Source: a virus
Taxonomy: Duplodnaviria > Caudoviricetes
DNA length: 44,078 nt
Virus record (IMG/VR): IMGVR_UViG_3300030095_005636
Span: 1-44,078 of that record
Strand: one strand, 5' to 3'
Positions within the stretch are counted from its first letter, which is position 1. Each line of letters starts with the position of its first letter. Shown one piece after another: positions 1 through 10,682 of this stretch. A program made the position numbers and the translations under genes. Below the pieces are notes generated by a model. The model saw only the letters and a program-made list of their open reading frames with translations, was not told the DNA's origin and made no database searches.

Positions 1-113
1 AAGAAGAGTGCCAAGAAGATATTAAAAACTCAGACACGAGTACTGAAGAAAGACATATTAAAAGAGATGTTTTAGTTATTGCTCCAATGTTTGAGATATC
101 AAATGAAACCTAG
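1..113 (+). CDS. 3' end of a hypothetical phage protein (partial, runs off the left edge)
   Basis: Open frame from nt 3 (EECQEDIKNSDTSTEERHIKRDVLVIAPMFEISNET*) ends at TAG 111-113 and overlaps the next ATG at 103. Confidence 0.6.
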   Translation, partial: EECQEDIKNSDTSTEERHIKRDVLVIAPMFEISNET

Positions 114-1032
114 TGGTGGCACTGAGTTACAAGAAAACTTTTTAACAAAAAATGTAGATCAAAAACTTTTAGACAAGTTTCAGATTTGTACATCTGTACC
201 TGAAAAAATACCACTTGCCAAAGATAAGATAAATATTTTATGGCAAAAGAATGCACCCAACCAACCGAACATTGAACCTTGGTTTTCTATACCTGACAAT
301 CACAAAAAGTATGATTGGTATGTTTTCAATTCACATTGGAATTACGAAAAATATAGATACATGTTTAATGTCCCTACACATAAATGTCATGTCATTAAAA
401 ACGGAGTAACTTCTTTTCCGGCAGTAAAAAAATATCATAAAAAGGGTGACACTTTACGAATGATTTTTCACCCTACACCTTGGCGAGGTTTAAATGTATT
501 ATTAGCAACTATGCAGTTGTTAGAAAAAGAAAACATAGAATTAGATGTTTATAGTAGTTGTGAAATTTATGGAGATGACTTTAAAAAAAATAACGATAGT
601 CAATACATTGATTTGTATCAACAAGCTGATGAGTTAAAAAATGTAAATTACATAGGGTATCGTCCTAATGATTTTATATTAAAGAAACTACCCTATTATC
701 ATATGTTTGCTTATCCAAGTATTTGGGAAGAAACATCGTGCATTTCATTACTTGAATGTATGGCAGCGGGTTTATATTGTATTGTAACTAATTATGGTGC
801 GCTATACGAAACAGGAGCCGAGTTCCCTGTTTATGTAAACTATGAAACTAATTTAAAAAACTTGGCGCATCAATTTGCTGAAGGGATTAAAATATGCCGA
901 GACACGCTTCACGAACCAGTGATCAATCAACATTTAGTAGAGCAACAAAAATATGTGAAAAGATATTACTCTTGGGAAAAGAAAAAACTCGAATGGACAA
1001 ATTTTTTACATGGAGTGTATGATGCAAAATAA
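103..1032 (+). CDS. Glycosyltransferase, GT-B fold (family 4-like)
   Basis: N-terminal GGTE motif; HPTPWRGL; C-terminal YPSIWEETSCISLLECMAAG (ExxxxxxxE-type donor-binding motif). ATG at 103 is preferred over the TTG at 79. Confidence 0.85.
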   Translation: MKPSGGTELQENFLTKNVDQKLLDKFQICTSVPEKIPLAKDKINILWQKNAPNQPNIEPWFSIPDNHKKYDWYVFNSHWNYEKYRYMFNVPTHKCHVIKNGVTSFPAVKKYHKKGDTLRMIFHPTPWRGLNVLLATMQLLEKENIELDVYSSCEIYGDDFKKNNDSQYIDLYQQADELKNVNYIGYRPNDFILKKLPYYHMFAYPSIWEETSCISLLECMAAGLYCIVTNYGALYETGAEFPVYVNYETNLKNLAHQFAEGIKICRDTLHEPVINQHLVEQQKYVKRYYSWEKKKLEWTNFLHGVYDAK

Positions 1033-1840
1033 TCAACCTATATGGATGAACAAGCCTATAAAACCTATACGATTGTTTGTTGGTACTCCTGTGCATAGTA
1101 ATGTATCTATGCATTACACACAAACAATGTTGGAGTTACAAAAAGAATGTATAAAAAGAAATATTAAAATTACATTTCAACTAATGAAATCTAGTTTAGT
1201 TACTCAGGGTAGAAATCTTTGTGTAAGTTATTTTTTAAATACAGATTGCACACATATGTTATTTGTAGATTCGGACATTGCTTTTGACCCAGAATGTATT
1301 TTTAGATTATTAGAGTTAGATAAAGAAATAATTTCAATACCTTACCCAATGAAGACTGCACAATGGGATACATTAATGATGAAGATAAAAGGGGGTTTTA
1401 TAAGTGAACCCGAACAATGCGAACATCATATGTTGCAATACCCACTTCTAATAAAAGATGACAACAAGGATATTAAAATACATAAAGGTGTTATTGAAGC
1501 AACACATTGTCCAACAGGGTGTATGATGATTAAAAGAGAAGTGTTTGATAAATTAAAAAAAGCCTACCCAAATAGAGAAATTGTGCAAAAAACTACTATA
1601 GATGGTAAATATATGGATAGGCCACATTTTTATAATTACTTTGATACTTACTATGATCCGAAGACTAAAAGATACCTTGGAGAGGACTTTGCATTTTGTA
1701 AATTATGGTCTGATATAGGAGGTAAACTATATTGTTACATCATGAGTTACATAACACATGTGGGGGACTATCAATACAAAGGAAGACTATATGACGAAAT
1801 GACCAACCTAGAGGTTGAAAACACCACGGATCAAGGGTAG
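1022..1840 (+). CDS. Glycosyltransferase-like protein, GT-A fold
   Basis: SLVTQGRN, LFVDSDI (DxD motif), TGCMMIKREVF and GEDFAFC motifs. GGAG at 1012-1015 favours the ATG at 1022. Confidence 0.8.
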   Translation: MQNNQPIWMNKPIKPIRLFVGTPVHSNVSMHYTQTMLELQKECIKRNIKITFQLMKSSLVTQGRNLCVSYFLNTDCTHMLFVDSDIAFDPECIFRLLELDKEIISIPYPMKTAQWDTLMMKIKGGFISEPEQCEHHMLQYPLLIKDDNKDIKIHKGVIEATHCPTGCMMIKREVFDKLKKAYPNREIVQKTTIDGKYMDRPHFYNYFDTYYDPKTKRYLGEDFAFCKLWSDIGGKLYCYIMSYITHVGDYQYKGRLYDEMTNLEVENTTDQG

Positions 1841-1843
1841 AAT
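1815..1843 (+). promoter_or_regulatory. Sigma70-type promoter for the ejection-protein block
   Basis: TTGAAA (1815-1820), 17-nt spacer, TAGAAT (1838-1843), followed by an AAGGAG RBS before ATG 1873. Confidence 0.6.
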
Positions 1844-1872
1844 ATACTTTAGTAATTACTAAGGAGAAACAT

Positions 1873-3219
1873 ATGTTCAAATGGGTTCTTAAACTCATTC
1901 CCAAACCAATTAAAAATTGGATTTACAAAAAATTATATAGGGACATTTCAAGTTATGGTATCTGTGGGGACACAGAACTTGCTTTCTTATCTTCTTATGA
2001 ACAAAGTTTTTTAAAAAGCATCGGAGGTGCAGGAACTTTACATCATCGCACTGGGCTAAAACAATATAATCCCTTTCTTATTGGTGCGGCAATTGGTATT
2101 GGTGCTTTTGGTATTGCAAAACTAACGGGTTCATCTACACGAAATGCTATTAAATATGGTCTACTTGGTTTCGCAGGTGGTGCGGGTATTTCTGCATTAT
2201 TAGCAGGTGGAACTGCTACCGCAGGGGGTACTTTGGTTGGGACCACAGCATCAAACAGTGCATTAGCCGGTGGTACAACGGCTGCCACGGAACTGGCGGC
2301 AATTCAAGCAGCAACAAATCCTTTCATAGCTGGGGCAACTACGGCGGGAACTACGGGTAATCTTGCAGCTGGTGCGGGTGGATTGTTTCCTTCAGCCGCT
2401 GGAGCTGGTGGTGCTATTGGTGGCACAGGAGGTGCAATTTTAGCCCCATCCGCCGGTGCGACTTTACCAATTGCTCAAGGAGGTGCAGGTTTAGGTGGGC
2501 AGTATCTAGTTGAAGGGGGAAAGTTAATTTCAAGACCGGTAGTATCTTCCCCACAAGTAAGCCCAGTGAACCCAGTAGACCCTGGAATGTTTAGTGGTAT
2601 TACTGAAAACATTCCTCAAATTATTAAAGACAATAAGGGCATGGCTCTTGGAATAGGTGCAGCTGGAGTAAGTGCTTTGAGTCAACCTAATGCTCAACAA
2701 GCAGCCGTTCCTCAAGGATATTCTGACGCAGATTATGAAAATGCTTTAATAGCTCAACAAGCAGCCGTAAAAGGACTTGGAGAAAGAGCGGAGTATGACG
2801 ATACAGATACTGGAGGGTTTGCTGACGATCCTTATGCTGAAAAAGAAGATGATGATATTTATAGTTCACCAAGTATGATGGCGGCAAAAGAAGGAGGCAT
2901 CGTTACGATTCCTCGTTTTAAAGAAGGAGGTGTAAATTATTTACCCAGTAAACTAGATCATGATGAAAAAGACGGAAATAATTATGTAAGAGCAGAAGGA
3001 TATGTTGAAGATGGTACAGGTAATGGAGATAAAGATGAGGATACAATGTTGGCTCAATTAGCAGATGGCGAGTTTGTTTCTAGAGCAGACGCGATCCTCG
3101 GTGCAGGGATCATGGCAGGGGCAAATCCAGAAGATTTTAAAGATATGAGAAAAAAAGGTGCTGCTTTTTTTTATGATCAACAAGCAAAATTAAAAAGAAT
3201 TTATGATTTAGTTACTTAA
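1873..3219 (+). CDS. Gly/Ala-rich internal virion / DNA ejection protein
   Basis: Hydrophobic Gly/Ala-rich segments; C-terminal GTGNGDKDEDTMLAQLADGEFV motif of the GxGxxxxDxxxAxLxxGEFV type seen in phage virion proteins; strong RBS. Confidence 0.7.
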   Translation: MFKWVLKLIPKPIKNWIYKKLYRDISSYGICGDTELAFLSSYEQSFLKSIGGAGTLHHRTGLKQYNPFLIGAAIGIGAFGIAKLTGSSTRNAIKYGLLGFAGGAGISALLAGGTATAGGTLVGTTASNSALAGGTTAATELAAIQAATNPFIAGATTAGTTGNLAAGAGGLFPSAAGAGGAIGGTGGAILAPSAGATLPIAQGGAGLGGQYLVEGGKLISRPVVSSPQVSPVNPVDPGMFSGITENIPQIIKDNKGMALGIGAAGVSALSQPNAQQAAVPQGYSDADYENALIAQQAAVKGLGERAEYDDTDTGGFADDPYAEKEDDDIYSSPSMMAAKEGGIVTIPRFKEGGVNYLPSKLDHDEKDGNNYVRAEGYVEDGTGNGDKDEDTMLAQLADGEFVSRADAILGAGIMAGANPEDFKDMRKKGAAFFYDQQAKLKRIYDLVT

Positions 3220-3635
3220 TGAAGATAAAAAAAGTAGATCCACAGTTTGTCAATACTTATTGGCCTTTTGTGGAAGATTGGATAGAGGAGACAGTAAAAT
3301 TATCAAACGGCAGACATACTGCAAAAACAGTAAACACATGTGTGAAACAAGGTAGTATGGAAATGTTTTTGATAAAAGAAGAGGATAATATTAAAGCAGT
3401 TTATGTAACACAGCATTTGTATTATCCAGCAACGGAATGTTTGTTAATATTGATTTGTGGAGGCAGTAAAGTTATAAAACATGTTAAAGAGATACAAGAT
3501 TTTTTTATTGATTTAGCAAAACAAAAAAACTGTTCTCACTTAGAACTATTAGGAAGAAAAGGATGGGAAAAAGTGATACACGATAATGATTTAAATTTTA
3601 AACTAACTGGATATTTTTATGAAATGGCTACTTAA
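3219..3635 (+). CDS. Hypothetical protein, probable GNAT-like fold, embedded among ejection genes
   Basis: ILICGG...CSHLELLGRKGWEKV pattern; position between ejection genes is analogous to T7 gp13; translationally coupled. Confidence 0.5.
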   Translation: MKIKKVDPQFVNTYWPFVEDWIEETVKLSNGRHTAKTVNTCVKQGSMEMFLIKEEDNIKAVYVTQHLYYPATECLLILICGGSKVIKHVKEIQDFFIDLAKQKNCSHLELLGRKGWEKVIHDNDLNFKLTGYFYEMAT

Positions 3636-4686
3636 ATTACTCCCAATAAAATTAAAGATTGCATTGTATGATGCTTTGTATAGAGACATCGGTGATCAAG
3701 GTGAAGAAGAAGATAGAGAATTAGCTCATGTCAATGCTTATGAAATAAGTTTACTTAAATCTGTTGGAGGTACTGGTAAAGTCAATAAAAAAACTGGTCT
3801 TAAAGGATATTTTGGTGGTGGTGGCGGCGGAGGCCCTGCTCCTGCCCCGGCTCCAAGTTCATCAACTGGAACACAAACCACAATTTCAAGAGAAGCTCCA
3901 GATATTGAGTCCAGAAAATTATCTTTATACGATGAGGCTTTAGCGTTATCCAGAACACCTGTTGAAGTTCCAGCTTATCAAGTTGCAGGTCCTTCTCCTT
4001 TACAACAACAAGCTTTTACTCAAGCGGGTCAAATAGGAGTGGGTCAACCAACTCTTACTTCTGGCATTGGTTCTGTGTTAGGGGCTCAAACTGGAGCGGC
4101 TCAATTACCGGACATTACAAGTTTTTTAAACCCTTATCAATCGTATGTCACTGATGAAATAAACAGACAAGCCGCGATTGGGCAGAATCAATTAGCTGCT
4201 CAAGCTATTGATGCAAATGCTTTTGGTGGAGGTCGAGAAGGTATTCAACAAGCCGAAGCAGAAAGAGCACGTTTACAACAAATTGGTTTGGCGCAACAAC
4301 AAGGTTTTACTCAAGCCCTTGGTGCCGCACAAGATCAACAAAAGTTTCAAACTCAAACAGGTTTAGCTGTAGGTGAGCAGTTGGCTAGAATGGGCGCACA
4401 ACAACAAGGTATGAATGTGCAAGACGCTCAAACGGCTTTACAAGCTGGGGGAGCGCAACAACAGTTAGCGCAACAAGCCTTAACCGCACAAAGACAAACA
4501 GATGTAGCAAGAGCCTATGAACCTTATCAAAGAATAGAGTTTCAAAAAGGTATTATGACGGCTCTACCAACAGCCGCTTCTCAAGTTACTGCGGGAACTG
4601 GACCTGCCGTTAATCCATTAGCCCAAGCCGCCTCAACTGGTTTAGGAGCTTATGCCGCCTATAATTTATTAAAACCTATGGGGTAA
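3619..4686 (+). CDS. Gln/Ala-rich DNA ejection (pilot-like) protein
   Basis: FLNPYQ...AFGGGREG motif, Q/A-rich helical body, hydrophobic C-terminal GLGAYAAY; typical of podovirus ejection proteins. Confidence 0.7.
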   Translation: MKWLLKLLPIKLKIALYDALYRDIGDQGEEEDRELAHVNAYEISLLKSVGGTGKVNKKTGLKGYFGGGGGGGPAPAPAPSSSTGTQTTISREAPDIESRKLSLYDEALALSRTPVEVPAYQVAGPSPLQQQAFTQAGQIGVGQPTLTSGIGSVLGAQTGAAQLPDITSFLNPYQSYVTDEINRQAAIGQNQLAAQAIDANAFGGGREGIQQAEAERARLQQIGLAQQQGFTQALGAAQDQQKFQTQTGLAVGEQLARMGAQQQGMNVQDAQTALQAGGAQQQLAQQALTAQRQTDVARAYEPYQRIEFQKGIMTALPTAASQVTAGTGPAVNPLAQAASTGLGAYAAYNLLKPMG

Positions 4687-4690
4687 TGAT

Positions 4691-6487
4691 ATGGATCCTA
4701 TATTATCAAGAAAATTATTTAGACAAAAAGCATTACAAACACATAAACCTTTAGGGTTTAGAACGGGTGCTATTTTAGATTTTAAAGAGATTGCAAGACA
4801 ACGATCTCCAGGGGGCATAACCCAATTAGCTGGAGGCCCAAATCCAAATAATTTAAAATCAGAGGCAGATTATAGAGAACAAGTTGAAAGAAAAGATGTT
4901 GACCCTATTTCTAAAGTTCCAGGATATGTAAATATAATGCAAAACGCTATAGACAAAGAAATATTTAGTGAAGAAAATGTAAAAAAAGAAGTCATAAGAG
5001 GCTATGATGAAAGTAAGGCGAAACAAAAAGATAAAGAAGTTATACAAAATTTAAATGCTGGTATTTCTAATATAAAAAATGAACAAATTAAACCACCAGT
5101 AAATCAAAATTTTATAGATCAAAGAATACAAAAGTTAAAAACAGAAGATAAAATTGACAGAATTAAAGTTTTAGAAAATAAAAAAAAAGAAGCTGAACAG
5201 ACAGGTTTATTTAGTCAAAGTGAAAAATTTGGAATATTTGCAGGTATGTTAGCAAAATCTTTGGGAACTCCTGGAGCTACCTTAACAAGTGGTTTTACAG
5301 AAGGTGTTGGAAATTTTGCTACTCTTTACGGAAAAACTAAGGAAGTTGAAGCAGAATTAGAAGCGGCAAAAGCAAAAGACAATAGAGGAAAAAAATTGTG
5401 GGTATTTGATTCAAAAGCAGAGGATGGTAAAGGCAAAAATGTTAGAATTTATGAAGATCAATACGATCCAACAACTATGACAAAACCTAAAACTGAAGAA
5501 AAAGGCACTATGGATATTGTTCTTCGAAAAGATGGCAAAATTGTCGTGGATACAATTCGAAAAGAAGATTTTGATCCGATAAGACATGAAAATTTTTTGG
5601 GTACTGTAAATGTGCTTAATAAGAAAACAAACCAAAGAGATCAAATAACAAAAAATGAATTTTTTCTTGACCAAGATTTGGCAGCTGAAGATACCCAGTA
5701 CGTTAGAAAATATGAATTAGCACCTAATGCAAGTGAAGATAATATTGTATTAAGAAATAAACTTGCCATGGAATTAAAAGAAACTGAAGCTCAAAGAAAA
5801 TTACTAACTCAAGAAACTGCAAAATTAGAAAAAGTTGCGCGTTTAGACCAACTAGGTTTGAAAGCATTAGGGTATATAAAAGAAGGTGCTAGGGGAGGAG
5901 CGGCAGGAGTGGTTACACAAACAATTGAAGATACATTTAAATTTGTTGCTAATAGTTTAGGCGATAGATCAAGGCGTATGTATAATAACAGGTATGCTTA
6001 TGAAATGAATGCAATGAAAGAACAACTAAAAAATATGGAAAAGAATCCACAAGGGTCTTTTGTATCTGAGAATGGTGACAGAATAACAATAGCAGCATTT
6101 AATGAAGAATTTTCAAATAAAGATGCGGGTTTACAATCTTTGATTATTGAATTGGCTTATGCAAAAGCGAAAGCAAGAGAGGAAGGAGGCCGTTTTTCTG
6201 TTAGTGATATACAAGCGGCTATGCAATCAATTGGTAACGTATCAAGTGATTCAAACCTAAGACAAAAATTAGCTGAGTCTATAATGAATGATATACAATT
6301 TGGAGTAGACAGTTTTAAAAGAACTATGAACACTGATACACTTCCAGAGCAGTATCAATTTTTTAACGAAAGTCTTGAATTGTACAAGCAAGCCCAACCC
6401 TTCTATATAAAGAAATATGAAGGAGAAACTTTTGAAAACCAAGGAAACCCTAAACCCCCTAGCCCTGAACCCCCTAGCCCTGAATAA
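4691..6487 (+). CDS. Putative internal virion / ejection protein
   Basis: 598-aa helical protein within the ejection cluster; N-terminal ILSRKLF; C-terminal GRFSVSD motif. Confidence 0.6.
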   Translation: MDPILSRKLFRQKALQTHKPLGFRTGAILDFKEIARQRSPGGITQLAGGPNPNNLKSEADYREQVERKDVDPISKVPGYVNIMQNAIDKEIFSEENVKKEVIRGYDESKAKQKDKEVIQNLNAGISNIKNEQIKPPVNQNFIDQRIQKLKTEDKIDRIKVLENKKKEAEQTGLFSQSEKFGIFAGMLAKSLGTPGATLTSGFTEGVGNFATLYGKTKEVEAELEAAKAKDNRGKKLWVFDSKAEDGKGKNVRIYEDQYDPTTMTKPKTEEKGTMDIVLRKDGKIVVDTIRKEDFDPIRHENFLGTVNVLNKKTNQRDQITKNEFFLDQDLAAEDTQYVRKYELAPNASEDNIVLRNKLAMELKETEAQRKLLTQETAKLEKVARLDQLGLKALGYIKEGARGGAAGVVTQTIEDTFKFVANSLGDRSRRMYNNRYAYEMNAMKEQLKNMEKNPQGSFVSENGDRITIAAFNEEFSNKDAGLQSLIIELAYAKAKAREEGGRFSVSDIQAAMQSIGNVSSDSNLRQKLAESIMNDIQFGVDSFKRTMNTDTLPEQYQFFNESLELYKQAQPFYIKKYEGETFENQGNPKPPSPEPPSPE

Positions 6488-6495
6488 AAAAAATT

Positions 6496-9400
6496 ATGAC
6501 CAAAGCAACACAAAAAAATTTAGAAAGTTTAGGAATTAAAGATTCGTTAAAAGAAAGCATTTCTGCGGGTAGACGAGCTATACTAGGCGATAACCGATAT
6601 AACATTTATAAAAATACAGATCAAGCTTATCAAGTCAATGAAAAATTTAAAGGTATTAAAAGGCACAACCTTACAAATTATTTATACGAGCTTGAAAAAA
6701 TAGATGATCCAAATACTGATTATTTAGATTTTTATCTTGAGTTTGACCCATCAGGGCCTTTGTCGAATCAACAAAAGTATATTGAAACTTTTAGTAAGGA
6801 TATACCTGAAATTCAAAACATGAATGACTTTCAATTAGCTGAATTTGTGTATAAACAAATACAAAGCCCCTATAAAAAAAAAATGGGAATAGGGGATGAA
6901 CAACGAATTGTTGATATGCCACGAAAAACTAAAAAAACTTTTAATGAATTTTTTGATATTTTTATAAGTAAACCAAGAGGAGTTAAAGAAAATATTCCGT
7001 ATTCACCTACAGAATTTTTAGATACTCAAAGTCAGCTAAGTCCAGAATATACTGTTAAAGAAATAGCAGACAAATATGGTTATGGCACAGATGTATATGA
7101 AGGTGCCGCTTCTGCTAATTTTGCTAAAACTTTAGGTGTTACTGATCAAGATGGTATTGATGGTGTAGATAGAGTTTTAGAAGCAAAATATGGTAAGGGA
7201 ACTAAAACTTATATGGATGATGTAGTCGGAGAATTAGTTTTTAATAATCCAGAAACTGGTTTGAAAACTTTAGTGGATCCACCTTCTTCTTTTGGTATGG
7301 AAGATATTGCAGAACAAGGAGGAAATGCTTTAGTTTTAATTCCTGATGCTGTAGGGGCATTTATGGGCGCAGTTTTAGGTAGAACTGGAATTGGAGCAGC
7401 AGCTTTAGGAGGAGCTACAGGTTATGATCGTGCAGGCGGTTCTGGTGCATTTTTGGGAACACTAGCAGGTTTAGGAACTAACATGATAAGTCCGGGATTT
7501 GGCGAATTAATGGGCGCAGGTTTGGGTTCTGGATATGGTACGGCATTTGGAGATGCCACAAGAGTTTATTTAGGCAACAGATTATATGGTATTAACAAAG
7601 ATGACGAAGGTAACGATTACGAAAATTGGACGGATGCTTTAAAGAAACAAGGAAAATTTGATAACTTAAATGCAATTGTTACAAGTTCTGGTTTAGGTAT
7701 GGAAAAGACTTTTGGCCTTATAAAAAATATCGTTAAAGGCAATAGAATTGATCCTAAAATTGTTAACGAGATAAAGAAAAAAAAAATGTCTACTGAAGAA
7801 GCTAATGATTTAGTTAAAGATATGAATGAAACATTGAAGTTAGGAAAAGTAAAACAAAACTTAAAGTTTTCTTTAGGCGAGGCTATAAATGACCCTAAAC
7901 AATTAAGAAAACAAAAAAGATTTGAAGATAATGAAAACTATGGTTTTCAAGGTCGCTTAGATACTTTTAACGAAGAAAGAGCAGAAGCCCTCAAAGCATA
8001 TTTAATGTTACAAGCAAAAAATTTAGGGTTTTCAGATTATATGCAAACCAGTCCTTTGCATAAAGAAAAAATTGGTAAATTAATTCAAGGCGTAGTTGAA
8101 AAAAGATTAAACCCTCGTAGAAAACTTGCAATAAAAACTATGGAAGATACTGATATAAATTTGACAAATAAAGTTTTAAATTTGAAATCAGGAGACACAA
8201 AAGCTGCGGGTGTTGAAATAAGTTCAATTGTAAAAGATTTATACAAAACAGAAAAACAAAATATAACTGCCGAATATGCAAATTTGTTTGAATTAGGAAA
8301 AGCCAGAAAAATTAAAATTGAAGAAAATGGACCAGTTATGACGGCTTACAAAGAATTAAAAGATAAATTAATCGCCAATGATGTTCCAGAGTCCTCAATA
8401 AATGAACTTTTAAAAGATCCTATGAGAAAAATTGGTAAAGGGGATTCTGGAGTAAGAACTCTAGATACAATGAAAAAAACAATTACATCACTAATGCGAA
8501 GAGATGGGGATTTTTATAAAATAGAAGGCTATCCAAACAATCTAATTGAAGCATATAAAAAAGAACTAAAAAATCAACTTGGAGATAATGATCCTTGGCT
8601 TCAAGAATATATAGACCTTTCTAAAAAATATGAAAAATTTAACAAAGATTTTATGGGTAGTTTAGCGGATGTTGTTCAAATTGGAGAGGGTACTGTTAAA
8701 ATAGGTGATGAAGATGTTTTTAAACAAGTTTTTAAAAAGGGAACAGAAAAAGCAGATAGAACAAATGTTGACTTGACTTATCAGGTTTTAGAAAGAAGAC
8801 CAGAGACTTTAGATATTGTAAGAGATGCTATTGAAAGTAAATATCGTAGAGAAGTAATTAATGCTGACACTGGTTTACCAAATCCAAAAGCACACAAAAG
8901 TTTTATGGATGATGAAGAGGGTTATGGGTATGCCTTACGAAAATTTTTTGGTGAGGCAGATTATGCAAGAATAAATTCATTAGGTGATCTAACAAAAGTA
9001 AACCAATTAAAAAAAGTTAAATCAGAAAGAGTTTTAAAAAATCTTGAAAAGTCAACAAAAGGACAGCTTTTATCTAAAAAACCTTCCCAGGTTTATGATT
9101 ATTTGATGGATAAAAATAATCCAACTCAAGCAAGTAAGGTCATGTCAATTTTGCAAGACTCTCCAGAGGTAAAAGCCGAACTAAAAAATAAAGTTGTGCA
9201 ACAAGTTTATAAAACTTTAATTGACGAAAGAGGTAATATGACTGTTAAAGGTGTTGCTGATTTAAATAAATTTTTAGATAAAGACGATGGATTTGGAGAA
9301 ACCTTAAAATATATTTTTAATGATAAAGAGGGAAGAAAATATTTAAAAAATTTAGAAAAAGTAAGAAAAGCCTCACAGATAATGACTCGATCTCGTATAC

Positions 9401-10011
9401 AAAAGGGCGCTCCTAAAAGCACAACCGCGGCAGAAATTCCTCAATATGCTATTGATATGGCAAGGGGTATACTATTTAGGCCTTTAAGTCGTGAAGGTAA
9501 AGTTTTTACATCAATCTTAAAATATGCTGGACTGGCTATGGATGAAAGAATGGCAGATATGATGACTAATCCAAAATTACTTGATATATATTTAGAGGCG
9601 GCGGGTAAACCTGTTAGGTCAGAGGCATTTAAAAAAGCTATGAATATTTCTTTAGGTCTACCTTTTAAAGTAGATTATGAGATTGATCCAGAGGATGAAT
9701 TTGAGAGCATGAAAGATTTAGATACTGTTCCTCTAAAAGTTCCTGAAATAGTTGTAAAACCCCAAACTAAAATAGAATCTCTGACTTCGCCAGATGTAAA
9801 TATATTTGCAGAACAAACGCCACCACCCACGGCTCAAGAACCAGTGGTTCAACAACCAGTAATGGCAAGTTCTTCTATGCCGGCTCCTACTGAAGGTATG
9901 GGGATCGCAAGTTTACCGCCAGAACAAAAAGCCGCAAAATATGCCGGTTTATTTGAAGGGGATAATCTTGGACAACTTATTGCACAAAGAGGTCAAAATG
10001 GCAGAACCTAA
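6496..10011 (+). CDS. Large internal virion / ejection protein
   Basis: 1171 aa with a central Gly/Ala-rich hydrophobic region and C-terminal YAGLFEGDNLG; last gene of the cluster. Confidence 0.65.
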   Translation: MTKATQKNLESLGIKDSLKESISAGRRAILGDNRYNIYKNTDQAYQVNEKFKGIKRHNLTNYLYELEKIDDPNTDYLDFYLEFDPSGPLSNQQKYIETFSKDIPEIQNMNDFQLAEFVYKQIQSPYKKKMGIGDEQRIVDMPRKTKKTFNEFFDIFISKPRGVKENIPYSPTEFLDTQSQLSPEYTVKEIADKYGYGTDVYEGAASANFAKTLGVTDQDGIDGVDRVLEAKYGKGTKTYMDDVVGELVFNNPETGLKTLVDPPSSFGMEDIAEQGGNALVLIPDAVGAFMGAVLGRTGIGAAALGGATGYDRAGGSGAFLGTLAGLGTNMISPGFGELMGAGLGSGYGTAFGDATRVYLGNRLYGINKDDEGNDYENWTDALKKQGKFDNLNAIVTSSGLGMEKTFGLIKNIVKGNRIDPKIVNEIKKKKMSTEEANDLVKDMNETLKLGKVKQNLKFSLGEAINDPKQLRKQKRFEDNENYGFQGRLDTFNEERAEALKAYLMLQAKNLGFSDYMQTSPLHKEKIGKLIQGVVEKRLNPRRKLAIKTMEDTDINLTNKVLNLKSGDTKAAGVEISSIVKDLYKTEKQNITAEYANLFELGKARKIKIEENGPVMTAYKELKDKLIANDVPESSINELLKDPMRKIGKGDSGVRTLDTMKKTITSLMRRDGDFYKIEGYPNNLIEAYKKELKNQLGDNDPWLQEYIDLSKKYEKFNKDFMGSLADVVQIGEGTVKIGDEDVFKQVFKKGTEKADRTNVDLTYQVLERRPETLDIVRDAIESKYRREVINADTGLPNPKAHKSFMDDEEGYGYALRKFFGEADYARINSLGDLTKVNQLKKVKSERVLKNLEKSTKGQLLSKKPSQVYDYLMDKNNPTQASKVMSILQDSPEVKAELKNKVVQQVYKTLIDERGNMTVKGVADLNKFLDKDDGFGETLKYIFNDKEGRKYLKNLEKVRKASQIMTRSRIQKGAPKSTTAAEIPQYAIDMARGILFRPLSREGKVFTSILKYAGLAMDERMADMMTNPKLLDIYLEAAGKPVRSEAFKKAMNISLGLPFKVDYEIDPEDEFESMKDLDTVPLKVPEIVVKPQTKIESLTSPDVNIFAEQTPPPTAQEPVVQQPVMASSSMPAPTEGMGIASLPPEQKAAKYAGLFEGDNLGQLIAQRGQNGRT

Positions 10012-10213
10012 AACAACTAAAGAACATATAGTTGCATTGTACGGACACATCGAAGGATGCAAACGTGAAATTAGAACTATAAAAGATAATCACCTAGCTC
10101 ACATGCATAAGGACATTGATAAGATTGGAAGTAAAGTAGATAAATTGTTGTTTTGGATGCTCGGAGGTATGATGACAATAATCTTGACCCTAGTAGGTTT
10201 ATTCTCTCTCTAA
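9998..10213 (+). CDS. Small coiled-coil protein with C-terminal TM helix
   Basis: GAGG RBS before ATG 9998 (MAEPK...); heptad repeats, then LLFWMLGGMMTIILTLVGLF. Confidence 0.7.
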   Translation: MAEPKTTKEHIVALYGHIEGCKREIRTIKDNHLAHMHKDIDKIGSKVDKLLFWMLGGMMTIILTLVGLFSL

Positions 10214-10232
10214 TTCGTTGTAAAATGGACAC

Positions 10233-10682
10233 ATGGATCCATTAACTCTAGCCATAGCGTCATTTGAGACAGTGAAAAAAGGAATTGCCATAGGCAAGGA
10301 CTTAAATCACATGTACAAAGATTTACTTAAATTTTGTAATGGCATTGATGGTGTGCATGAATCCCATATGAAGAAAAAAGCATCACGCTTCACGAGCGCC
10401 AGTGAGGAAGCTTTAGATACCTTTCTAGCAAAAAAACAAGTTGATGATATGGAGAACGCATTAAGAGAAATGATTATGTTGCATGGTAATTACAACATGT
10501 GGCAACAGTTTCAAGCTATCAGAGTAGAAGTACGAAAAAAAAGAAGAGAAGCTAAATTAAAAGCAGAACGTGAAAGAAGACAATTAATTAAAGCAATAAG
10601 TGTTGGTACCTTTACTTTGTTAGGTGTAATTATTGTAGGAGGCCTTGCATTTAACATTTATCATTATTATTTTGCAACATGA
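10233..10682 (+). CDS. Hypothetical membrane-anchored protein
   Basis: 149-aa helical ORF with a C-terminal hydrophobic helix. Confidence 0.7.
   Translation: MDPLTLAIASFETVKKGIAIGKDLNHMYKDLLKFCNGIDGVHESHMKKKASRFTSASEEALDTFLAKKQVDDMENALREMIMLHGNYNMWQQFQAIRVEVRKKRREAKLKAERERRQLIKAISVGTFTLLGVIIVGGLAFNIYHYYFAT

Noticed and set aside
6453-6484. 15-bp tandem duplication encoding PPSPE x2
   Set aside because: Simple slippage in a disordered C-terminal tail with no further signal.
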